DNA from: Patescibacteria group bacterium
GTDB lineage: Bacteria > Patescibacteriota > Microgenomatia > 0-14-0-10-38-17
Reading direction: 5' to 3'
Length of the DNA stretch: 64,000 nt
Assembly: GCA_050953885.1 (NCBI GenBank)
Contig: JBMNNJ010000001.1
Location: forward strand, 399,437-463,436
Shown: positions 39,127 to 47,776 of the stretch, in pieces
Numbering within the stretch: position 1 is the first letter of the stretch
How the letters are laid out: every line of letters begins with the position of its first letter
Position numbers and translations under genes: made by a program
Notes under the pieces: generated by a model
Databases searched by the model: none
What the model was told of the DNA's origin: nothing
What the model saw: the letters and a program-made list of their open reading frames with translations, nothing else

Positions 39127-39623
39127 AATATTCTATCATAATATCTAAGAGAAGAGGTAGATTACAAGAGCGCGCTCGTAAAAATATATTGATGGAGTTA
39201 AAAATGTCTGCATTTTAAATCTCAAAACGCAAATAGCAAATCTACATGGTAAATGTTAAAACTTTTTAAAGCTTAAAGTTGTTTTTTTTAGATTTGAGTT
39301 TTGAGTTGTAGTTTTGATCCGTCAACTGGCGGATTGAGTTGTCGGTTTGATACGCCTGGCGGGCAGAATCATCCCTGTAGCTGTCATCCTGACAAAAGTC
39401 AGAATCTAACTGATTCTGAATCAAGTTCAGAATGACGCTAATCATGGCCGTCATTCTGACAAATCCGCCAGCTGGCGAACAAAAGTTAAAAGTTTTTTCG
39501 TCTTACTTTTGAATTTTGACTTGCAATTTTGATCCGCCAGCTGGCGGATTGACTTTTGACTTTTGCATTATTCTTATGTCAATCATTCATTCGTGTCTAT
39601 TCGTTTTCCATTCGTGTTAATTC

Positions 39624-40367
39624 GTGTATTTTAACAAACAATCTAACTTTATGCCCTTTCACCAAACCGCTCTTACCATCTTAATCCTTTGTTTTTCTAC
39701 CGCCTTTTCTTTCCTTTGGGTTAATTCTCCTCTTGCCGCTTATAATCTCCAGCTAATTGCCTTGTTATTAATCTTTACCATAATTTTTTTCAGAAAAAAG
39801 AGAATAGCTACCTTTTGGAAAACTTTAATTGGCTTAACCGCCTTTAATATCGCCGTCCTTTTGCTTATCAGCCAAACTGGCAATCTTAACTCCCCCCTCT
39901 TTTTTCTAATCTATTTTTTCCTCTTGGGTTTAGGTTTTTTAACCACCCCGTCCGCTACTCTTATTATTACCCTAAGCCTCGTCTTTTTCTTCCTCCCCTT
40001 CTCCTCCATCCAAAGCGATTGGCTAAAACTTGGTTCCCTTTTTCTAATTACTCCCCTTTGCTTAATTTTGGGTTGGCAACGCCAAGAAATGGAAGAACAG
40101 GAAAAAATAAATTTAGCCCTAAAGGAAAAAAAGAAGGCTGCTGACCAGGCGCTTAGCCTTCAGGAGACCACCAGCCTCCTTTGGCTAAGCCTAACCTTAA
40201 AAAATAATTTAATCGAGATAACCGAGCTTTTAAACGAAGCCCTAAGCGACGTGGCCCATCTTCCCCTCCATCAAAAAGAAATTCTTCAAAAAGCCTACCG
40301 AAAAAGCAAGCGCCTGCTCAAAGAAAGTGATGCCGTTAAGAGCCTAATTGATCAACAAACCGACTAA
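39624..40367 (+). CDS. Polytopic membrane protein with a C-terminal coiled-coil. No assignable family.
   Basis: Hydropathy shows about 5 TM helices, then a charged helical tail. The gene is preceded by the cattcgtgtctattcg leader motif. Confidence 0.5.
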   Translation: MYFNKQSNFMPFHQTALTILILCFSTAFSFLWVNSPLAAYNLQLIALLLIFTIIFFRKKRIATFWKTLIGLTAFNIAVLLLISQTGNLNSPLFFLIYFFLLGLGFLTTPSATLIITLSLVFFFLPFSSIQSDWLKLGSLFLITPLCLILGWQRQEMEEQEKINLALKEKKKAADQALSLQETTSLLWLSLTLKNNLIEITELLNEALSDVAHLPLHQKEILQKAYRKSKRLLKESDAVKSLIDQQTD

Positions 40368-40369
40368 AA

Positions 40370-41491
40370 ATGAAAAAAATCACTTTGATTTTGGCTTCCA
40401 TTCTCGCCACGGTCACTATTATTTCTTTTGTTTTGGTTCTAACCGCTCCCCAAGAGGAAAAACCAATTATCAGCCCTGTGGCTAAAGATTTGGCGGACAA
40501 TTATTCCCCCACTCCCGATCTTAAAGAAGTAAAAACCGCCCAAGCTTATATTGACACTTCGCAGCAATTCTTAGCGCGAGCCGAGGAGCTCTCAAAAAAT
40601 CAAAATCAAAACGAAGAAGATAAAAAGCAAATTTTAACCCTTATCCAAGGGGCCTTGGAAGCCATTAACGAAGGCCTCACCCTTTATCCCCAAGACGATC
40701 GCCTTTGGGCCCAGCGGGCAAAAATCTATCAAGGCATTGCTTCTTTTACTCCCCAAGCGGAAATGGCAGCTTTAGCAGACTTAGAACAAGCCCGCCAACT
40801 TTCCCCCCAAAATCCTAATTACCCTCAAAATCAAAGCTATCTTTGGGCTAAAAATGGTAATTATCAAAACGCCGTTTACTATGCTAATCTTGCCTACCAA
40901 CTTGATCCCACTAATCTTAGCCTCTTAAATAATTTAGGCCAATTACAAATAAAAGCTGGCCAAATTGAAGGGGCGGTAAAAACTTTGCAAAAATTAAGTC
41001 TACTTTTACCAAAAAGCGACCCTTCCTGGGAAAAAGTTAACCAAGAAGTTAAAACCTTAGAAGGCCTTCTGGCGCAAGCCAAAAAAGAAAAAGGCAGCCA
41101 ATTGCAACTAGCCGGAGAAAACCTTAACCAAAAACCGGTAATAGAGGAAACGATCCCCTTGGAGATTCAGATTTCCCCGCAAGAACAAGCAAGAACTGCC
41201 CAAAATCTTATTATCGCCGCGCCAGCGCAAGAGGGAACCGTTAATATTGAGGCTTCCGTTGATCCTAACGCTACCGCGGGCGAGGCAATTATCCCTGCCG
41301 GAGAAGAAGAAATTAAAATCGCCAACAATCATCTTAGCGACAACTGTTCTATCTACTTAGCCCCCCAAGATGATCTTGAGAATCACCTTCTTTTTCTAAA
41401 AACCAAAAATACTGACGAAAAATACTTTACCGCTGCTCTCAATAAACCCCTCCAGAAAGATATTAGATTTAAATGGTGGGTAATAGAATAA
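40370..41491 (+). CDS. TPR-repeat protein with an N-terminal membrane anchor
   Basis: Its ATG overlaps the stop of the preceding ORF. TM helix, then TPR-like helical repeats (AQRAKIYQGIA, WAKNGNYQNAVYYANLAYQLDP). Confidence 0.55.
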   Translation: MKKITLILASILATVTIISFVLVLTAPQEEKPIISPVAKDLADNYSPTPDLKEVKTAQAYIDTSQQFLARAEELSKNQNQNEEDKKQILTLIQGALEAINEGLTLYPQDDRLWAQRAKIYQGIASFTPQAEMAALADLEQARQLSPQNPNYPQNQSYLWAKNGNYQNAVYYANLAYQLDPTNLSLLNNLGQLQIKAGQIEGAVKTLQKLSLLLPKSDPSWEKVNQEVKTLEGLLAQAKKEKGSQLQLAGENLNQKPVIEETIPLEIQISPQEQARTAQNLIIAAPAQEGTVNIEASVDPNATAGEAIIPAGEEEIKIANNHLSDNCSIYLAPQDDLENHLLFLKTKNTDEKYFTAALNKPLQKDIRFKWWVIE

Positions 41492-41632
41492 GAAAAGACA
41501 CGAAGGGGAAAAGAACAAACACGAATCTGGAGGGACGCATCACGATGCGCCCTCATATCGGTATGAATCCGCGCCGGTTATTCGTTCATTCGTGTCTATT
41601 CGCTTTTAATTCGCGTTAATTCGCGTTTTACC

Positions 41633-42385
41633 ATGAACCAATATAGACATCTTTTCTTTCTCCTGGCTATTCTTAACTTCTCACTTTTAATCTTTAATTC
41701 GAGCGAAGCAAACGCCCAAACAATGCGTTCCGACAGCTACGAAATTCATATGGGGAATTTTAATATGACCGCCGGCAAAAAGTCTTCCGAAAACTACCAA
41801 GTTGCCGACACCGTTGGCCAAACTGCTTCCGGCCTTTACGAATCCGAAGGTTATCAGGTTGGCGCCGGCTTTTGGTATCTTAAAAGAAAAGTCCCCTTTA
41901 CATTCACCATTTCCGAGATTAACCTTAATTTTGGTTTACTTACCCCCCAAGTTCCCAAGGTGCTTACCAACACCCTCACTGTTTCTGCCGGCGGCGCCGG
42001 CGGTTATCAGGTAAGTGCTTTTGAAAACCATCCCTTAATGTCGGCGGCGGAGAATTATATCCCCGACACCTTAGGCGATAACGGCCAAGCCTCGGAAATC
42101 ACCGCCTCCTCGTGGGTCCAAAATACCACTTATGGGTTTGGCTTTAAAATGGAAGGTGATGATATCCCCGCTGATTTTACCAACCCTGCTTGTCTTCCCA
42201 ATTGTTTTCGCCAGTTTGCCGACCCGACCGCCAGCCCCCCCGAAGAACCGCAAATTGTGATGAGCTCGGTTGATCTGGCCCGCCACGCCGAAGCCACCGC
42301 TTCTTATAAAATTAACATCTCCGGTGACCAGCCGGCCGGCGTTTACCAAAACCAAATTATTTTTATCGCCATTCCTTTATATTGA
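41633..42385 (+). CDS. Secreted hypothetical protein
   Basis: Signal peptide MNQYRHLFFLLAILNFSLLIFNSSEANAQ. No recognisable family. Confidence 0.5.
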   Translation: MNQYRHLFFLLAILNFSLLIFNSSEANAQTMRSDSYEIHMGNFNMTAGKKSSENYQVADTVGQTASGLYESEGYQVGAGFWYLKRKVPFTFTISEINLNFGLLTPQVPKVLTNTLTVSAGGAGGYQVSAFENHPLMSAAENYIPDTLGDNGQASEITASSWVQNTTYGFGFKMEGDDIPADFTNPACLPNCFRQFADPTASPPEEPQIVMSSVDLARHAEATASYKINISGDQPAGVYQNQIIFIAIPLY

Positions 42386-42394
42386 TATATTGAT

Positions 42395-42739
42395 TTGGAC
42401 GAATTCCAAATTATGCCCAACCACCTGCACACCATCATCATTATCAATAATTCTGTAGGGGCGTATTGCCATACGCCCGCCAACAGGAAACAGGCAGCCA
42501 ATACGGGTTTATGCAATAAACCCCTACAAAAACCATGGTATCAATCATCATCAATTGGCCTGGGAGCGATAGTCAGGGGTTTTAAATCGGCCACCACCAA
42601 ACAAATCAACCGATTACGAAATACGCCTCAACAATTGGTTTGGCAAAGAGGATCTTATGAACACATCATTAACCTCAAACCCCTCAACCCCCTGATGTGG
42701 TTAAAAGACGAGGATAATTTAGAAAGGCCAAAAAAAATT
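42395..42739 (+). pseudogene. Decayed REP-associated tyrosine transposase (RAYT/TnpA_REP, IS200-like HUH) fragment. It is fused in-frame to the downstream gene and interrupted by a REP-like element.
   Basis: HUH motif PNHLHTIII and catalytic-Tyr region LVWQRGSYEHIIN (compare the RAYT motifs PEHMHCIWTLP and IWQPRFWEHAIRN). The N-terminal ~50 residues are missing. A 73-bp palindromic element (42455-42527) sits between the two motifs. Confidence 0.55.
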
Positions 42740-43735
42740 ATGGAAGAAATTAAATCCGCTCCTAATCCGTGTAAATCCATAATTAGTTTTCTTGCTATCA
42801 CCATCCCCTTTTCTTTCTTCTTATTAATGTTGTTGACGCTGCTAATCAAGCCCACTCCCGTTTTCTCCCAATCTTTCTCTCTCTCCCTCTCACCGCCGGT
42901 GGTTGAGGTGATGATGCAACCGGGAAGAAAAGCTACCTACGCCTTCCAGCTTAAAAACAATTCCTCCTCACCAGTAAACCTTCTCCCCAAGATTATCCCT
43001 TTTCAACCCCAAGGAGAACAAGGTCAAGTTAAATATCCCCCAGAAAACGGCAACTGGCCGGGTCAGGACTATTTTTCTTTTTTAAATGCCGACTTGCAAA
43101 TAAATCAGCCCTTCCTGCTTGCTCCCGATGAGGAAATTCAGCTGGTTTTAAAAATTTCCCTTCCTCAAAACGCTCCCGAAGGCGATTATTATCAAAGCCT
43201 TATTTTGGAACAACTCGCCGCTAACACCCCAAACCAAACTCAAACCCAATTGGTAGGCCAAATCGGCAGTCATATTCTTCTCACCGTTTCCTCCTCGGGA
43301 AAACCAAAAAAAGAAGCCGCCATTGTTGAATTTTTCTCCCCTTCTCTTCTTTTTGGCAAAATATTAGATTCTTTTGATGCTCTTAACCTTGAACTTCGGA
43401 TTAAAAATACCGGCCAGGCCTTTTTCAAACCTTTTGGGGAAATTATCATTTTAAATAACAATGAAGAAAAAGTTGCCTCTCTTCCTCTGCGGCCTGACAA
43501 CATTTTAAAAGACACTACCCGCCAAATTTATTGCCAAGAAGGCCCTTGCCGGGCTGATAAGCTGAACTTTCTTGGTCGTTACCAAGCTCAAGTCCAGTTT
43601 ACCGCTGACGAAAACGGCCCGGTTAGCAAACAAGGTTTTATCTTTTGGGTTCTACCAATTAAATTGATGCTGGGGTTGGTTTTAGGACTGCTTTTGGCTA
43701 TTTTTATCTGGTGGGGATATCGGAAGCGGAAATGA
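42740..43735 (+). CDS. Secreted beta-rich protein with a C-terminal TM anchor
   Basis: Internal Met (MEEIKSAP...) is followed by a signal/TM segment. C-terminal TM helix plus a YRKRK tail. The ORF-track start at 42395 includes the transposase remnant. Confidence 0.5.
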   Translation: MEEIKSAPNPCKSIISFLAITIPFSFFLLMLLTLLIKPTPVFSQSFSLSLSPPVVEVMMQPGRKATYAFQLKNNSSSPVNLLPKIIPFQPQGEQGQVKYPPENGNWPGQDYFSFLNADLQINQPFLLAPDEEIQLVLKISLPQNAPEGDYYQSLILEQLAANTPNQTQTQLVGQIGSHILLTVSSSGKPKKEAAIVEFFSPSLLFGKILDSFDALNLELRIKNTGQAFFKPFGEIIILNNNEEKVASLPLRPDNILKDTTRQIYCQEGPCRADKLNFLGRYQAQVQFTADENGPVSKQGFIFWVLPIKLMLGLVLGLLLAIFIWWGYRKRK

Positions 43736-43867
43736 TAAAAACAAAACACAATATAAGGATAAAAAGAAACATGCTAAGCGCTAAGGTCAAATCTCAAATC
43801 TCAAATATCAAAACTCAAAACTACAACTCAATCCGCCGGCTGGCGGACAAGAATAACGATAATCGCA

Positions 43868-43965
43868 CCTGTCATCCTGACGAAAGTCAGGATCTAATTG
43901 ATTCTGAATCAAGTTCAGAATGACACTAATCGTGGTCGTCATTCCTGAATTAAATTCAGGATGAC
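43868..43965. repeat. Family B hairpin repeats (GTCATCCTGAAYTTGATTCAGGATGAC and the TTCTGAATCAAGTTCAGAATGAC variant). This is a cluster of two or three units.
   Basis: Other copies: 34504-34527 (between the comEC halves), 38329-38402 (inside leuS), 39376-39460 and 45038-45170. Confidence 0.8.
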
Positions 43966-44115
43966 GCCATTCGTTCATTCGCGTTCATTCGCTTTTAATT
44001 CGCACATCCCAGCAATATAGCAATGTGTTTCCTAATTTCTTAATTTCAGCCCCGCCAGGGCGGGGCGAATTTCTTAATTTCTTTTTTAGCAATTCAACAA
44101 TATCGCAATTTAACC

Positions 44116-45126
44116 ATGAAACAACATTACCTTTTCCTTGCTTTTCTGGTTTTTCTTTCCCTCATCTTTCCTCATCCCACCCTTGCCTCAACCACCGTTC
44201 TCTGGCAGAAAATAAGCGAGGAAGGACCAAAAGAAACAATCGGATCTTCAAGCCAGGAAGTGGCTCTTTCTGCGCTGGTAGGCCAAGGGATTTTTACTAT
44301 TGAAGGCTACTCTTCGCCCGGGGCGACTATTTTTCTCACCAGCTCTCAAGGCAACTTAAGCCCACAAACCGTTAAGGCAGATAAAAACGGCTATTTTATT
44401 TTTAAAAATGTTCTCCTGCCGGTAAACCCCGGCGAGCTTTGGTTTCAAGCCCGCGACCAAAAGGGAAATTTTACTACTCCCTTGGCTATTGCCCAGCCGC
44501 CAAGGGAAGTAGAAAAAATTAAGGATGTTTTCCTTCCTCCCACCTTTTCCCAAACCAAAGGGCAAATAATTACCGGTGAAAATGCTTTTTTATGGGGATA
44601 TAGCCTGCCCGACGCTACCGCCGAAATTTATTTTTTCAAAACCCCCACAAAGAAATGGTGGCAAGCTTTTATCGGCCGACCCGCCCTTGCTTTTGAACCT
44701 CTTAAAATAGAAATTAAAACCGACCAAAACGGCTATTTCGAAGTAAATCTTCCTAATACTGCTCGGGGGCACTACCAAATTTTTGCCTCAAGTCAAAAAG
44801 AAGAAAATCCTTCTCCTAAAAGTAATACCCTCTCATTTCGGATTTTGGGAAAATGCGAAACCTTTTGGTTTTTTCTTAAGGCTTTATTCACACGATTAGC
44901 CTTGTTCCTAAAAAAGATTGTCGCTGATTTACTTTTTTGGATTACGATCGAGCTGATTATCTTAATTTATTTAATCTGGAAAATAAGACAAAAAAAAGAA
45001 TTGCCGCTAACCGTGTCACCACAACAAAACAAGGCCATCATTCCTGAATTAAATTCAGGACAGGCTCTGACGAATCCGCCAGCTGGCAGACAGGATCTAA
45101 CTGATTCTGAATCAAGTTCAGAATGA
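44116..45126 (+). CDS. Secreted protein with a C-terminal TM helix. Its last ~40 residues are encoded by family A and family B repeat elements.
   Basis: Signal peptide MKQHYLFLAFLVFLSLIFPHPTLAS. C-terminal TM helix (LLFWITIELIILIYLIW). The tail ...NPPAGRQDLTDSESSSE is translated from repeat copies at 45038-45125. Confidence 0.5.
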   Translation: MKQHYLFLAFLVFLSLIFPHPTLASTTVLWQKISEEGPKETIGSSSQEVALSALVGQGIFTIEGYSSPGATIFLTSSQGNLSPQTVKADKNGYFIFKNVLLPVNPGELWFQARDQKGNFTTPLAIAQPPREVEKIKDVFLPPTFSQTKGQIITGENAFLWGYSLPDATAEIYFFKTPTKKWWQAFIGRPALAFEPLKIEIKTDQNGYFEVNLPNTARGHYQIFASSQKEENPSPKSNTLSFRILGKCETFWFFLKALFTRLALFLKKIVADLLFWITIELIILIYLIWKIRQKKELPLTVSPQQNKAIIPELNSGQALTNPPAGRQDLTDSESSSE

Positions 45127-45240
45127 CGCCCGAGTTATTTTAACAAAATTCAGAATGACGATTGCGCTATCCCTAAATTTATCAGAAATAACGCCCACCA
45201 CAGAATGGCAACACCGAGGGTTACCACCAAAAGAGAAAGC

Positions 45241-45269
45241 TTGACAAAAAAACTTTATTAGTTTATGCT
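45241..45269 (+). promoter_or_regulatory. Sigma70-like promoter TTGACA-17 nt-TATGCT, placed so that the transcript of the 45277 gene would be leaderless or have a very short leader
   Basis: TTGACA at 45241-45246, a 17-nt spacer, then TATGCT at 45264-45269. The ATG is at 45277. Confidence 0.35.
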
Positions 45270-45276
45270 TTAGGAA

Positions 45277-45708
45277 ATGGCCGAAGAAAAAAAAAGGAGC
45301 TTGGCACCAGTTTTGGCGATCGCCATTGTTTTAATTTTAGTGGGGGTGGCGATGTTCTTATCCCAACAGGAAATTATTTTTCGGGGCCAAGCCTCTCCTT
45401 CCACCACCTATTCTTTGGCCAATTCCTACCTCTTTGGCTCTCCTCTTTCCGCCGCCGCTAATGGTCAGGAAAAAATTAAAGTCAGCGTTTTTCTCCTTAA
45501 CCAACAAGGATTAGGCGTGGATAAAAAACAAATTACCCTAAAAACCCAGCCAAGTGGGGGGTTAAACATCGAAGCCAGCCAACCCACCACCGATAAATCC
45601 GGCCAAGCTATTTTCTATCTTTCTTCCTCCACCCCGGGCAGTTTTGAAATAAGCGCCCAGGTAGAGGGACAGGAGTTCCCCCAAAAAATAAGCGTTCACT
45701 TCCGATAA
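45277..45708 (+). CDS. Membrane-anchored bacterial Ig-like (Big_1/invasin-like) domain protein
   Basis: TM anchor, then a Big_1-like pattern (KVSVFLLNQQGLGVDKKQITLKT...TDKSGQAIFYLSSSTPGSFEISAQV). An A9 homopolymer at 45287-45295 lies inside codons 4-7. Confidence 0.5.
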   Translation: MAEEKKRSLAPVLAIAIVLILVGVAMFLSQQEIIFRGQASPSTTYSLANSYLFGSPLSAAANGQEKIKVSVFLLNQQGLGVDKKQITLKTQPSGGLNIEASQPTTDKSGQAIFYLSSSTPGSFEISAQVEGQEFPQKISVHFR

Positions 45709-45762
45709 ACCACGGGACACGAAACAAGGAAAAACAAGGAGGATTGCTACATTGTTACGTTT

Positions 45763-45836
45763 GTGGTGGGCGTATTGCCATACGCCCGCCAACAAGAAAC
45801 AGACAACCAAGACGGGTTTATGCAATAAACCCCTAC
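45763..45836 (+). repeat. Family D REP-like 73-nt palindromic element. A second copy lies at 42455-42527, inside the RAYT remnant.
   Basis: g(t/g)ggggcgtattgccatacgcccgccaaca(g/a)gaaacag(g/a)ca(g/a)ccaa(t/g)acgggtttatgcaataaacccctac. Contains the perfect hairpin GGGCGTATtgccATACGCCC. Confidence 0.8.
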
Positions 45837-46129
45837 TTCTCATTTGCGTATTTTTAACAACATTACCTCTAACTACAGGCTTTTTCACGAAAAAATTATC
45901 CGTCTTCTTTCTTTCCCTAAGAATTCCCAATCTCTTCGTTTTTAATCCTTTAAAAACCTCCTTTTAAAAACGGGCAAATAAATGTTTTGGCTGATAAAAT
46001 GATAAAAAAAGAACTGTCGTTTTTTTTATCAATCTCACCTCATCACTGATAAAAAACCGCCCTTTGGCCCAAAAACTCTCTTTTGCTATAATATTTTTGT
46101 GAAAAAAACCAAAATAACAACCAAAAGGC

Positions 46130-46340
46130 GATAGTCTTATAATAAATTAGATTTTTTGGGGTAATTTTTCCCTTTTTTAAAAAAATTTTTTCTGAATTTT
46201 TTTTGGCAATTTTTCAAAAATTTTTCTGAAATTTTTTTATTTTCTTAAAACTTTTTATTATTTTTTTTCAATTTTTAATTTTTAATAAAAAAATTTAATA
46301 AATTTTAAAAAGTTTTAATAAATTTAAAAAAATCTTTCTT
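46130..46340. promoter_or_regulatory. Extremely AT-rich, phased A/T-tract low-complexity region upstream of the giant-protein locus. It may be a curved-DNA upstream region or the boundary of an acquired segment.
   Basis: Runs of aaaaatttttt / ttttttaaaa repeat for ~200 nt. No ORF. Sequence character changes sharply between the flanks. Confidence 0.4.
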
Positions 46341-46720
46341 AAGAACCCTACCCTCCTTCTTCTTTCCACTTCTTAATATTAAGATGTCTTAATTTACCTT
46401 TTGATATGCGGCTAAAATTCGCATGAAATTCATGTGAAAAAATACCCGCAAACTTCTGCGGTAATTACTAAAGCTATTTCTCCATTTTTAGGGCCTATCT
46501 AAAACCATCAAAATATATCAACTTTAAAAAATAGGGGACTTGACAAACATTTTATAATAGTGTACGCTTTTTATAATTCTGATAATTTATGATAATTTAA
46601 GGCTAAAATTTTATTACCGCAAAAATCATGAACAATCAAAAGGCATCAAACCAAATAGTAGACTTTCTTACTGTTTTTTTGATTTTTTTAATGAGTTTTA
46701 TTTGGCTGTTTATTTAACAT

Positions 46721-47203
46721 ATGCCCCAAACCCTGCTCTCCTCTTTCCGGCTTTATCTTAAAGCCCAAGGGAAAAAGGAAAACACCATCAGGAATTATCT
46801 TCAGGACATTGATCACTTTTTCTCTTGGCTTTCCTCCCAAATTAAAGATTCTTCACTGCAAGCGCTTCTTAACGACCCTAACAAAATAGCTCAAAACATA
46901 ACGGTTAAAAATTTAACTGTCTATCAGCGATTTTTGGAAAAAAATGAAGTTTCCCCTACCACTATCAACCGCCGCCTTTCCTCTCTTCGCCAATTGACAA
47001 AGTTTTTCCTTTCTCAAGGTTGGTTAAAAGAAGACCCAATAAAAAAATTAGCCAATATCTCCATTGAAAAAGAAACCGATAAAACTTCGCAAATTCTGGA
47101 AAAGTTTGCCAAAGCGCTTGAAGAAGAAGGGAAAAGCAAAACCACCATTAGAAATTATCTTTCTGACGTGAAGGGGTTTTTGGAATGGCACGAAAAAGAT
47201 TAA
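46721..47203 (+). CDS. Small protein made of tandem phage-integrase-N-terminal-like (SAM-like/core-binding) modules, with no catalytic domain
   Basis: Three ~35-aa modules of the pattern FxxYLxxxGxSxxTIxxYLxxxxxFxxW: SFRLYLKAQGKKENTIRNYLQDIDHFFSWL, VYQRFLEKNEVSPTTINRRLSSLRQLTKFF and LEKFAKALEEEGKSKTTIRNYLSDVKGFLEW. Confidence 0.5.
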   Translation: MPQTLLSSFRLYLKAQGKKENTIRNYLQDIDHFFSWLSSQIKDSSLQALLNDPNKIAQNITVKNLTVYQRFLEKNEVSPTTINRRLSSLRQLTKFFLSQGWLKEDPIKKLANISIEKETDKTSQILEKFAKALEEEGKSKTTIRNYLSDVKGFLEWHEKD

Positions 47204-47215
47204 AAAGTTAAAAAA

Positions 47216-47776
47216 ATGACCAACAGAATTATTTTGCCTCACGGCAATTATCGTCAGCTTAAATCGTTCCAAACTACAACAATTATTTACGATTTCACGA
47301 TGGCTTTTTGTAATCAATACCGGTCCCTCCTGACTTACAAGAACTACGAGCAAATGATCGGTGGTGCCAGATCGGGTAAGCAAAATATCGCCGAAGGCAG
47401 TCAGGTTTCTGGCACTTCTAAAAAAACAGAGATAAAACTTACCAGCGTTGCCCGTGGGTCACTTGAAGAATTGCTTCAAGATTGCCTTGATTTTCTTCGC
47501 CAAAACAATCTTGTTTTGTGGGATAAAAACGATCCCCGGGCTATTACCATCCGCAAGATTGCTTATAAGCCTGATCGGTCTTATGAGTCCTACAAGTCCT
47601 ATCTTAAAGACCCGGAAAGCGCCGTCAACTGCCTAATTTGCTTAATTCATCAGGCTAATTTTCTTCTTGACCGTCAGCTTGAAGCTTTAGAAAAAGATTT
47701 TTTAGAAAATGGCGGCTTCACTGAAAGGCTTTATCGGGAAAGAAGCGAAGCAAGAAAAAAGCAAAAATATGACTAA
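47216..47776 (+). CDS. Four-helix-bundle protein (23S rRNA intervening-sequence protein / Avd-like family), long form
   Basis: Family motifs NIAEGS...S and ARGSLEEL in the expected spacing. The stop overlaps the start of the giant gene (ATGACTAA). Confidence 0.55.
   Translation: MTNRIILPHGNYRQLKSFQTTTIIYDFTMAFCNQYRSLLTYKNYEQMIGGARSGKQNIAEGSQVSGTSKKTEIKLTSVARGSLEELLQDCLDFLRQNNLVLWDKNDPRAITIRKIAYKPDRSYESYKSYLKDPESAVNCLICLIHQANFLLDRQLEALEKDFLENGGFTERLYRERSEARKKQKYD

Noticed and set aside
39266-39454. Minus-strand 62-aa ORF
   Set aside because: It lies entirely within family A and family B repeat copies (translated as NSIRQLTDQNY...). It is a repeat read-through, not a gene.
42395-43735. The single 446-aa ORF as annotated in the track
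   Set aside because: It is a chimera. Its first 115 codons are a transposase remnant plus a REP-like element that happen to be in-frame with the downstream secreted-protein gene. The gene was re-cut at the internal Met at 42740.
43711-43923. + strand 70-aa ORF after the 42740-43735 gene
   Set aside because: It is built from intergenic palindromic elements and family B repeats. It is kept only as an illustration of repeat-derived peptides, not as a gene.
46000-46700. Replication origin, suggested by the AT-rich block
   Set aside because: No DnaA-box clusters (TTATCCACA or its complement) were found by eye, and no dnaA or dnaN is nearby. It is treated only as an AT-rich boundary.
46400-46720. 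Possible sigma70 promoter TTGACA...TATAAT at 46540-46558 upstream of the CB-module gene
   Set aside because: The spacing between the -35 and -10 hexamers is only ~7 nt, which is incompatible with a functional sigma70 promoter. The hexamers are probably coincidental in AT-rich DNA.
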